Shown here in pieces: positions 1-8,101 of a stretch of 36,162 bases of DNA. The notes under the pieces were generated by a model that did not search any database, was not told where the DNA came from, and saw nothing but the letters and a program-made list of their open reading frames with translations. The stretch spans positions 1-36,162 of the forward strand of contig JBOEGF010000075.1 in assembly GCA_050633305.1 (NCBI GenBank). The letters are read 5' to 3'. Numbering within the stretch: the first letter of the stretch is position 1; the number at the start of each line of letters is the position of its first letter. This DNA is from Nannocystales bacterium (GTDB lineage Bacteria > Myxococcota_A > Polyangia > Nannocystales > Nannocystaceae). A program made the position numbers and the translations under genes.

Positions 1-2397
1 GTCGGCCGCGAGAAGTCGATCAACGCCCTCGAGGAGGCGATGGCGGACGACCGTCACATCCTGTTGTGCGCGCAGAAGAAGGCGAAGGTCAACGATCCCA
101 AGCCCGAGGGCATCCACGCCTTCGGAACGATCGGCACCATCATCCAGCTGCTGCGTCTCCCCGACGGCACCGTCAAGGTGCTGGTCGAAGGCAAGACGCG
201 TGCGCGCATCGAGGAGTACCTCGACACCTCCAAGTTCTTCCTCGTCGAAGCCGAGCCGATCGAGTCGCCCAAGATCGACCCCGACGATGACCCCGAGCTC
301 GCCGCCTTGATGCGCTCGGTGCAAACCACCTTCGAGAACTACGTCAAGCTCAACAAACGCGTGCCGCCCGAACTCGCGGTCAGCGTTCAGAGCATCGACA
401 ACCCCTCCCGACTGGCCGACACCATTGCCGCGCACGTCAACTTCAAGCTGACCGCCAAGCAAGAGCTGCTCGAGACCGAAACCGTCCGCGCTCGCCTGGA
501 GAAGCTCTACGAGCTGATGCAGAACGAGATCGAGATTCTCCAGGTGGAGAAGAAGATCCGGACTCGCGTCAAGAAGCAGATGGAGAAGAACCAGAAGGAG
601 TACTACCTCAACGAGCAGATGCAGGCGATCCAGAAGGAACTGGGCAGCCAAGACGAGTTCAAGAACGAGCTGGCCGAGCTCGAGGACCGCATCCGTCGCA
701 AGCGGATGTCCAAAGAGGCCACCGAGCGCCTCAAGAAGGAGCTTCGCAAGCTCAAGATGATGAGCCCCATGAGCGCCGAGGCGACCGTGGTGCGCAACTA
801 CATCGACACGGTGCTCGCGCTTCCTTGGCAGGACCGCACCGACGACAAGCTCGAGCTCGACGAAGCCGAGAACATCCTCGACGAGGACCACTACGGTCTC
901 GAGAAGCCCAAGCAGCGCATCCTCGAGTACTTGGCCGTGCAGAAGCTCGTGAAGAAGATTCGCGGGCCCATCCTGTGTCTCGTCGGACCTCCCGGTGTGG
1001 GCAAGACCTCGCTCGCCAAGTCTCTGGCTCGCGCGACGGGTCGCAAGTTCGTGCGTATCTCGCTGGGTGGTGTGCGAGACGAAGCCGAGATTCGCGGCCA
1101 CCGTCGGACGTACATCGGCGCGATGCCGGGCAAGATCATTCAGGGCCTGCGTCGGGCGGGCAGCACCAACCCGGTCGTCCTGCTCGATGAGATCGACAAG
1201 ATGTCGATGGACTTCCGCGGCGATCCCAGCTCCGCCATGCTCGAGGTCCTCGACCCCGAGCAGAACAGCACCTTCGTCGACCACTTCCTCGACCTCGACT
1301 ACGACTTGTCCGAGATCCTGTTCCTTTGTACGGCCAACTCGCTGCACACCATCCCGCTCCCGCTCAAGGACCGGATGGAGATCATCGAGCTGTCGGGCTA
1401 CACCGACGAGGACAAGCTCAAGATCGCCAAGCAGTACCTCGTGCCCAAGCAGACCGAGCTCAACGGTCTCGGGTCCGTCGACGTCAGTATGAGCGACGGT
1501 GCCGTCAAAGAGCTCATCCACCACTACACCAAGGAAGCCGGCGTCCGATCGCTCGAGCGCGAGGTGTCGGCGGTGCTTCGCAAGCTCGCGCGCGACTACG
1601 TGCTCGAGGAAAAGAAGAAGAAGGCGTTCAAGGTCGACGCAAAGGTCGTGCAGAAACTGCTTGGCCCGCGGAAGTTCCGCTACAACAAGGCCGAGGACAA
1701 GGACATGCTGGGCATGGTCAACGGCCTCGCCTACACGACCATGGGTGGCGACCTGCTGCAGGTCGAGACCACGATCACCTCGGGCAAGGGCAAGGTGACG
1801 CTCACCGGCAAGCTCGGGGACGTCATCAAGGAATCCGCGACCGCTGCGATCACCTATGTGCGGGCCCGTTCCCTCGCGTTGGGTCTCGACCCCGACTTCT
1901 ACGAGCACGTGGACTTCCACATCCACTTCCCCGAGGGCGCGGTGCCCAAGGACGGACCCTCCGCTGGCGTGACCATCACGACCTGCTTGGTCTCGGCGCT
2001 CCTTCGCGCCCACGTCCGCCGCGACGTTGCGATGACCGGCGAGATCAACCTTCGCGGCAAGGTGCTGCCGATTGGTGGTCTCAAGGAAAAGGTGCTCGCA
2101 GCGTACCGGGCCGACATCAAGACCGTCATCTGCCCCAAGGAAAACGAGAAGGACCTGCACGACATTCCGAAGAACGTCGTGCGGGCGATGGACTTCAAGT
2201 TCGCCGAGAACATCGACCAAGTGCTCCGATGGGCACTCGCCGACCTTCCCGACGCGCATCCGAACGCGCAGCTTCGCAAGTTCCTCGCGAGTGAGGACAT
2301 CACGGGCGAGGACGACTGGCGAGAGGTTCGCGAGTGGACCCTCGAGCGGGACCGGAAGAACCGCGAAGCAGCGCAGTCCGGTCGCGAAGTGCATTAG
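1..2397 (+). CDS. lon: ATP-dependent Lon protease (endopeptidase La); 5' end lies before the window
   Basis: Frame is open from base 1 ([14 protein letters not shown]..., the Lon N-domain). Walker [10 protein letters not shown], Walker [23 protein letters not shown], catalytic Ser in PKDGPSAG and Lys in IGGLKEK. Confidence 0.98.
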   Translation, partial: VGREKSINALEEAMADDRHILLCAQKKAKVNDPKPEGIHAFGTIGTIIQLLRLPDGTVKVLVEGKTRARIEEYLDTSKFFLVEAEPIESPKIDPDDDPELAALMRSVQTTFENYVKLNKRVPPELAVSVQSIDNPSRLADTIAAHVNFKLTAKQELLETETVRARLEKLYELMQNEIEILQVEKKIRTRVKKQMEKNQKEYYLNEQMQAIQKELGSQDEFKNELAELEDRIRRKRMSKEATERLKKELRKLKMMSPMSAEATVVRNYIDTVLALPWQDRTDDKLELDEAENILDEDHYGLEKPKQRILEYLAVQKLVKKIRGPILCLVGPPGVGKTSLAKSLARATGRKFVRISLGGVRDEAEIRGHRRTYIGAMPGKIIQGLRRAGSTNPVVLLDEIDKMSMDFRGDPSSAMLEVLDPEQNSTFVDHFLDLDYDLSEILFLCTANSLHTIPLPLKDRMEIIELSGYTDEDKLKIAKQYLVPKQTELNGLGSVDVSMSDGAVKELIHHYTKEAGVRSLEREVSAVLRKLARDYVLEEKKKKAFKVDAKVVQKLLGPRKFRYNKAEDKDMLGMVNGLAYTTMGGDLLQVETTITSGKGKVTLTGKLGDVIKESATAAITYVRARSLALGLDPDFYEHVDFHIHFPEGAVPKDGPSAGVTITTCLVSALLRAHVRRDVAMTGEINLRGKVLPIGGLKEKVLAAYRADIKTVICPKENEKDLHDIPKNVVRAMDFKFAENIDQVLRWALADLPDAHPNAQLRKFLASEDITGEDDWREVREWTLERDRKNREAAQSGREVH

Positions 2398-2438
2398 AGG
2401 CGCCCCCGGTGCCACGCGGCGCCAAGCGGTGCCAAGAC

Positions 2439-2471
2439 AAAAGCCCGGGTCGTTCGCGACTCGGGCTTTTT
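2439..2471. terminator. Bidirectional intrinsic terminator between convergent lon and kinase genes
   Basis: AAAAGCCCGGGTCG-TTCG-CGACTCGGGCTTTTT: 14-bp stem with one G-U pair, a UUCG loop, an A-tract on the left and a T-tract on the right. Confidence 0.9.
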
Positions 2472-2516
2472 CGTTGGGCAGCGAGCCAGTGTGGAATCGA
2501 GAGGGCTGGGGCCGAA

Positions 2517-5438
2517 CTACGGTCGACGCTGCGACTGTTTGGGCTCGTGAGCGCGCCCTTCGAGGGCAAGGCGCGCGGGGTGGGCGGGACCGAAGGCTTG
2601 GCGCGCGCTGGCCAGGGCGAGCACCCGCTTCTGTTCGACGCCAGGGCTCTGGGTCTCGAGCGCGAGTGCAAGCTGCGTGGCGCGCAGCTCTGCGAGGGTC
2701 AGCGGAAGCGCCGCGATCGAGCCCCGGCCGGTCCTCTCCACCCGGTTGAGGGACGCCTCTGCCTTTTCGATGTCCCCCTGCTGCAGTTGGGCTTGGGCCA
2801 AGACGATGAGGGGGTAGAGCGTGGCGGAGGGGGAGCGCGCTGCAGCGTCGATGGCCTGCAGTGCCCGACGGATCGCGGTCTGAGGATCGCCTTGGCGGAG
2901 GGCCAGCTGAGCACCCGCGCGGAACGTGTCGGCCCGGTCCCAAACAGGGGCATCGAGCCGGGGGGATGCGATGGCCAGGCTCGCTTGCTGGTACGCGGTC
3001 GCGGCCGACTCGAGGTCCCCGGCAAGGATGAACGCGTCGACCCGCGCACGTCGTGCGCTGTGGCTGACAATGCCCTCTCGGTCCTGAAGGGCGAGCTGGC
3101 GGTCGAGCAGGCGCAATGCTTCCTGTGCGTCCCCACGCGCCAGCGCGCTCACGGCCGCGGCAGCCAACGCGGTTGTGAGCCGCGGGCTGTCGGGTCCCAG
3201 CCTCGCCTCGACGATCGCGATCGCTCGGGTGTGCCAGTGCTGGGCGAGCATGTGCTCCCCGGCGAGCCGGGCGACCGCCCCTGCGGTGCTGAGCAGGACT
3301 GAGACCCCGAGGCTCTCGTGTCCGTAGGCCTGCTCGAGGACCGAGATCGCTGCGTGTTTGTGTTCGAGCGCAGCCTTGTAACGGTAGAGGCTGCTCAGTG
3401 CTCCGCTGACGTAGTCGTGGGCGTAGGCGACCTCGGGGTGTCCGGGGCCGAGACGGTCGCGAGCGAGTTCGAGGGCTGCCTCGGCGACCGCGAGCGCTCG
3501 AGCCGGAGTGCCAACCCGTCGTTCGTGTTCGGCGTGGGAGAACTCGATGTTGACGAGCGCGGAGTCGTTTCCGAGGCGGAGCGCTCGGGCTCGTGCGTAG
3601 TCGAGTCGAGCCTGGAATTCCCTGGGCGGTCGCGCTTCGTGGACCAGCACTTCGAGGTGGAGGACACTCGCCGCCAGCGCAATCCGGTCGTGCCCCTGGG
3701 ATTCCGCCTCGAGCTCGAGCATTTGCAGGGCATCGAGCGCTTCGGTGCGTCGCTTCGACCTCCAGAGGATCCGGGCCCCTAGGAAGTCGGCCTCGAGACC
3801 CAAGGGTGGGTAGAGCTCGACGTGTGGGCTGGCGCGGACGACCTTTGTGATCTCGCGGGCGCGTTCGAGTTCGCCGACGCTGATGAGCATCGAGCCTCGC
3901 GCAAGCGCGGCGCGGTGGCGGCCCACCGCGATCGCGGATTGCGGGTCTTCGGGGGGCGCGACCCGCCCCCGAAGGGAGGTTTCGTTGTCGCAGCTCACGG
4001 CAGGTGGTCGGCTGACGACAAACTCAACGCTGGTCGCGGCCGTCTTGGCATCGAGCTCCTCCAACACGCTCACCAGCGCCGTCAGCTCGTGGTGCTCCGC
4101 CTGCAGACAGTCGAGTCGCTGGGCTCGACGGGCAGGGGACTGCCCCTGTTCCGTGGAGCAGGCGCGGCTCAGCTCATTCGCCCAACGCTCGGCCTGCTCG
4201 TCGAGGTGCTGCAAGACTCGGCTCGATGCGTTGGCGGGGTCCGACAGCGCCGCGTTGGAAAGCGCGAGTGTGACCGCGTCGCGCTGTGATTCCGTGATGA
4301 GCGGCGTTCGGGAGGTGTCGAGATCGCAGAGTCGGTGCTGGGGCTGCGGGTCCGTGGCGAAGATCCCAACAAGTGCGCCGGCGACGGTGATGCTGCCGGC
4401 CGCGCCCACGGCCCAGGTCCGCCGGCGGCGTCCGGTGTTCAGGCCTCGCTCGAGCGTGTGGAGCAGGGCTTCCATGCTGGGATGCCGCGCCTGGGGTTCG
4501 GGCTGGAGTCCGCGAACGAGCAGCTGGCGAACCCACCGGGGCATCAGCCGCAGCGACGCGGACTCGGCAGTGGGGAATGTCGACCACGGCATCTCGGCCG
4601 GCTTGAAACGCCCCGCGAACGGACGTCTGCCCACGAGCGCCTCGAACAAGGAAACGCAAAAGGCGAACTGGTCGGCTGCGGCCTCAGCCGGGCGGCCGGA
4701 GAAGAGTTCCGGTGCCATGTATCCCGGAGTGCCAAGGACCGCGCCCGTCCGCGTCACGTCTTCGGTGGTGTCTGAGAGTTCCTCTCGCGAGCACAACGCC
4801 TCTTCGGGCAACTTGGCTCCACGTACCAGTCCGAAGTCCGAGACGAGCACCCGACCATCCCCGGCGACCAACACGTTGTCGGGCTTGAAGTCTCGGTGGA
4901 GCAATCCGCTGGCGTGAGCTGCGGCAAGGCCGCGACCCGCGTTCGCGTACGTGCGCAGGATGCTCTCCTGCTCGGGACGCGGACGGGTGTACTCGCGCCA
5001 ATCCCGGAGCGTCCCACCGGACACATACTCCATCGCAATATAGGTATGCCCGCGCTCCTCTCCGACGTCGTAAACCCGGACCACATGCGGGTGCGTCAAT
5101 TGCCCCAGGGCGGCCGCTTCTCGCTGGAGCCGGCGTCGCTTGGCGATCCGCTCGACCTCCGAATCGGACGCAGGACTGTGCAGCACCTTGACCGCGACGT
5201 CACGCCCGAGCGCGGGGTCCCTGGCAAGGAAGACGGTCCCCATTCCGCCGCGTCCAATCTTCCGTACGACCTCGTACCGGCCCAGTGAGACGCTGCGCGG
5301 TGCGTGATCTTCAGACGTGTCCGGGAAGAGTCCCCGGCGGGCCTCGACTCGAGCCAACTCGGACTCGAGCTCGTCGGTCGACCAGAGCTTCCAGCCCTCT
5401 TTTTCGCCGTCCGTGTCGGTTGAATCAACTCGTGTCAT
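2517..5438 (-). CDS. Membrane-anchored Hanks-type Ser/Thr protein kinase with a Cys-containing extracytoplasmic region and TPR-like repeats
   Basis: IGRGGMGTVF, VAVKVL, HRDFKPDNVL, SDFGL and GTPGYMAPE are all intact. A TM segment follows RRRR (TWAVGAAGSITVAGALVGIF). C-terminal helical repeats such as LGPGHPEVA and LGPDSPRLT. Confidence 0.93.
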   Translation of the reverse strand: MTRVDSTDTDGEKEGWKLWSTDELESELARVEARRGLFPDTSEDHAPRSVSLGRYEVVRKIGRGGMGTVFLARDPALGRDVAVKVLHSPASDSEVERIAKRRRLQREAAALGQLTHPHVVRVYDVGEERGHTYIAMEYVSGGTLRDWREYTRPRPEQESILRTYANAGRGLAAAHASGLLHRDFKPDNVLVAGDGRVLVSDFGLVRGAKLPEEALCSREELSDTTEDVTRTGAVLGTPGYMAPELFSGRPAEAAADQFAFCVSLFEALVGRRPFAGRFKPAEMPWSTFPTAESASLRLMPRWVRQLLVRGLQPEPQARHPSMEALLHTLERGLNTGRRRRTWAVGAAGSITVAGALVGIFATDPQPQHRLCDLDTSRTPLITESQRDAVTLALSNAALSDPANASSRVLQHLDEQAERWANELSRACSTEQGQSPARRAQRLDCLQAEHHELTALVSVLEELDAKTAATSVEFVVSRPPAVSCDNETSLRGRVAPPEDPQSAIAVGRHRAALARGSMLISVGELERAREITKVVRASPHVELYPPLGLEADFLGARILWRSKRRTEALDALQMLELEAESQGHDRIALAASVLHLEVLVHEARPPREFQARLDYARARALRLGNDSALVNIEFSHAEHERRVGTPARALAVAEAALELARDRLGPGHPEVAYAHDYVSGALSSLYRYKAALEHKHAAISVLEQAYGHESLGVSVLLSTAGAVARLAGEHMLAQHWHTRAIAIVEARLGPDSPRLTTALAAAAVSALARGDAQEALRLLDRQLALQDREGIVSHSARRARVDAFILAGDLESAATAYQQASLAIASPRLDAPVWDRADTFRAGAQLALRQGDPQTAIRRALQAIDAAARSPSATLYPLIVLAQAQLQQGDIEKAEASLNRVERTGRGSIAALPLTLAELRATQLALALETQSPGVEQKRVLALASARQAFGPAHPARLALEGRAHEPKQSQRRP

Positions 5439-5509
5439 GACGCACTACGGTGCGAGAGCCGGTCCCCCCAGCTGGGGGTCGGCCGGCCCTGCATGCTAGC
5501 GTAAGAATC

Positions 5510-6121
5510 GTGCGAAGCGACTTTGAGCTACTCGTGGCGTGGGGCGACGGGGATGACAGAGCCGGGAACGAGCTGTTCGAGCGCCACTTCGACGCCGCGT
5601 TTCGGTTCTTCCGCAACAAGGTGGGCGAGGAGGCCTCTGACCTCGTGCAGCAGACCTTCTTGGCCTGCGTGCAGTCCCGGTCGTCCTTTCGCAAGGACGC
5701 CAGCTTCCGCACGTACTTGTTCGTCGTCGCGCGCAGCAAGCTCTACGATTTCTTGCGCCAGAAGCAACGGCACGACGCTCGCCTCGACTTTGGCGTCAGT
5801 TCGATCCTCGACCTCGGTCTGTCTCCCAGCGGTGCCGTCGTTGCCCAAGAAAACCACAAGCTCCTGTTGCACGCGCTCCGGTGCCTGCCGATCGAGCTCC
5901 AGGTCACGCTGGAACTCTACTATGTCGAGCAGCTACGAGGCCCGGCGTTGAGCGAGGTTCTCGGTGTGCCGGTCGGGACGGTTCGCAGCCGCATCCGTCG
6001 GGGACTCGAGCGCCTCAGGGCGGCGATGCTCGAGCTCGAAGCATCTCCGGAACGTGTGCAGACGACGTTGTCCGATCTCGACCGCTGGGCCGCCGAGCTC
6101 CGTGCGAACCCTCCTGGCTAG
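5510..6121 (+). CDS. ECF-type RNA polymerase sigma factor (sigma2 + sigma4), divergent from the kinase
   Basis: DFELLVAW..GD..AGNELFERHF, DLVQQTFLAC, SFRTYLFVVAR, and region 4 LGVPVGTVRSRIRRG. GTG 5510 chosen over the ORF-track start 5450 because a TGnTAGCGT -10 sits 7 nt upstream. Confidence 0.92.
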   Translation: MRSDFELLVAWGDGDDRAGNELFERHFDAAFRFFRNKVGEEASDLVQQTFLACVQSRSSFRKDASFRTYLFVVARSKLYDFLRQKQRHDARLDFGVSSILDLGLSPSGAVVAQENHKLLLHALRCLPIELQVTLELYYVEQLRGPALSEVLGVPVGTVRSRIRRGLERLRAAMLELEASPERVQTTLSDLDRWAAELRANPPG

Positions 6122-6150
6122 CGCCCTGCTGTTGGCAGCTGGCCTGCCCG

Positions 6151-6561
6151 TCAGTCGACGATGTAGCGGTCCCGCCACTTCGCAGTCGGGAGCGTGCAGC
6201 GGTCCGAACGACCCAACCACTTGTAGCGGTTGCGACCGATGAACGCGTAGAGGCGATCGAGAACCCACGGGATCGGCGGCACGCGGAGGACGTGGATGCC
6301 CCACGCGAGCCAAGGAAAGAGAATCCCCCCGACCTTGGCGATGGCACGCCAGCCTCGGTCGATGGAGCCCCGATCGTAGAGGGTGACGCCGGACATGAGC
6401 TCGGCGGGACTGAGGTCCCCCAACAGACGCTTGGCGGTCGCGCCCTGCAGGGCGGCGTGGCGGAGACGGGCGCCGGGGTCCACGCGGATGGCGAGCTGGA
6501 CGCTGCGGTTACATAGAACGCATTCGCCGTCGTAGAACAGGACCTGTTGAGGGTCGGTCAT
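6151..6561 (-). CDS. DCC1-like thiol-disulfide oxidoreductase family protein (DUF393/YuxK-like)
   Basis: VLFYDGECVLCNRSV (DxxCxxC), then DRLYAFIGRNRYKWLGR..C. Start taken at ATG 6561 (MTDPQQ). Confidence 0.9.
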   Translation of the reverse strand: MTDPQQVLFYDGECVLCNRSVQLAIRVDPGARLRHAALQGATAKRLLGDLSPAELMSGVTLYDRGSIDRGWRAIAKVGGILFPWLAWGIHVLRVPPIPWVLDRLYAFIGRNRYKWLGRSDRCTLPTAKWRDRYIVD

Positions 6562-6736
6562 GTGCGGGGCCTTCGATGGGTTGTGTGCTCGATGGCACAC
6601 GCCCACCGTACCGCCGGTTCGGCGCCTTTCAACCCCGTAACCGACGGCGGCGGAGGGTCGAATCGATTGACCCGAGCTCGAGCGCTTCCGCCACCGGGGA
6701 CGCGTCATGACGATTCCACATCTGGTCTCCTCCTCG

Positions 6737-7129
6737 ATGAAACTGATGCTCGTGCTGTGTGCGGCCGTGGCGCTTCCGATGGTGGCTGCATGCGACGACG
6801 AGGCCCAAGACGGATGCGTGAAGGGACAGGCCTGCGTTTGCGAAGACGAATGCAGTGAGGCGTGCGAGGGCTCGGGCTGCGGCTACACTTGCGAGGCCGG
6901 AGCGGACTGCGACTTCTCCTGCCCCGAGGGGGGGTGCTCCGTCGCATGTGACGACGGAGCGGCGTGTGACCTCGACTGCCCGGGCGGAAACTGTCAGATG
7001 ACCTGCTCGGCCAATGCCTCGTGCAACGTGACCGACTGCGCAGGAGGGGCTTGTCTGTTGACGTGCGACCCTGCCTCGGCGAGCTGTGAGAATGCCTGCG
7101 GTCTCGAGCAGGGCTGCGTCACCAGCTAG
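6737..7129 (+). CDS. Small cysteine-rich repeat lipoprotein
   Basis: Signal peptide MKLMLVLCAAVALPMVAA-C with a lipobox. The mature part has 22 further Cys in ~19-aa units (CSEACEGSGCGYTCEAGAD / CDFSCPEGGCSVACDDGAA / CDLDCPGGNCQMTCSANAS). Alternative start at 6707. Confidence 0.8.
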   Translation: MKLMLVLCAAVALPMVAACDDEAQDGCVKGQACVCEDECSEACEGSGCGYTCEAGADCDFSCPEGGCSVACDDGAACDLDCPGGNCQMTCSANASCNVTDCAGGACLLTCDPASASCENACGLEQGCVTS

Positions 7130-7136
7130 CGCGCCG

Positions 7137-8090
7137 TCAGATCGCGACGGACTCCATCGCCTTGGCGCATCGCACCAACTCGTCCTTGAGATAGGTGGCA
7201 GCGCGGGTGCGATGGAGGTCGGCCCGGAAGACCAGGTGAATCGAGTCTTCGAAGACGGGCAGCGTGTGGTGAAGCCGTCGGAGTTGGTGTGGTGTGCGGT
7301 GGGCGGCGATGCGCCGAGGCAACAGGGCGGGGCCAATCCCTCCCAGGGCCAGACTCTTCACCAGCCCGAAGTCGCCGCAGTCGAGCCTGCGCGGGGGAGC
7401 AAACCCTCGGGCGTCGAGTTGCTCGAGGAGCGCGACGCATTCGCCGACCCGGCTCGGATACACCAACGGGTGACTCTCGAAGTAGCTCCGCGCGTCGTCG
7501 AGGTCGGCGAAGCGGGAGCCCTTCGCACCGTAGTAGTCGGCGGCCTCGGCCGGTCCCGACTCCCCCTCAGGGGCGGCGACGAACACGTCGATCGCATCGC
7601 GAAACAGCTCGGTGAGGACCACGTCCGGGTGGGGCCTGGGGTTCACCACGATGCCGAAGTGGACGTCCCGAGACACCACCGAGTCGAGGACGGACGACGA
7701 CGACGTGTTGTGCAGGGTTACGGTGACGTCGGGTGCATCGGACAGGACGCGTTCGAGAAAGCCCGGGAGAAAGTACGCGCCGAGGGACTCATGGCAGCCG
7801 ATGACGAAGTTGCCCGTGAGCTGGTGGTCGAGCCCCGAGATACGCTCCACGGCTCGGTCGAGCACCTCCATCACCTCGTCGACGTGACGCAGCAACTCCT
7901 CCCCGCTAGCGGTCAACGACACGCCGGCGCGATGGCGGAGGAACAGCGTCGTATCAAGGGAGGCCTCGAGTTGTTTGACCGCGACGCTCACGGTCGGCTG
8001 GCTCACGCGAAGCGACCGCGCCGCACCGGTCATGCTGCCGGCGCGGGCGATCTCCCGAAAGTAACGCAGCTGCGTCAGGTCCACCGCCAT
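7137..8090 (-). CDS. LysR-family transcriptional regulator
   Basis: N-terminal HTH DLTQLRYFREIARAGSMTGAARSLRVSQPTVSVAVKQLE..L...LFLR, then LTASGE and a substrate-binding domain. Start may be GTG 8084. Confidence 0.95.
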   Translation of the reverse strand: MAVDLTQLRYFREIARAGSMTGAARSLRVSQPTVSVAVKQLEASLDTTLFLRHRAGVSLTASGEELLRHVDEVMEVLDRAVERISGLDHQLTGNFVIGCHESLGAYFLPGFLERVLSDAPDVTVTLHNTSSSSVLDSVVSRDVHFGIVVNPRPHPDVVLTELFRDAIDVFVAAPEGESGPAEAADYYGAKGSRFADLDDARSYFESHPLVYPSRVGECVALLEQLDARGFAPPRRLDCGDFGLVKSLALGGIGPALLPRRIAAHRTPHQLRRLHHTLPVFEDSIHLVFRADLHRTRAATYLKDELVRCAKAMESVAI

Positions 8091-8101
8091 AGGGTAGCGC
8101 G

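Noticed and set aside
5457..5486. GC-rich palindrome CCCCCAGCTGGGGG between the kinase and the ECF
   Set aside because: It could be an operator, but it is a low-complexity C/G run in a high-GC genome with no second copy seen, so it is not supportable.
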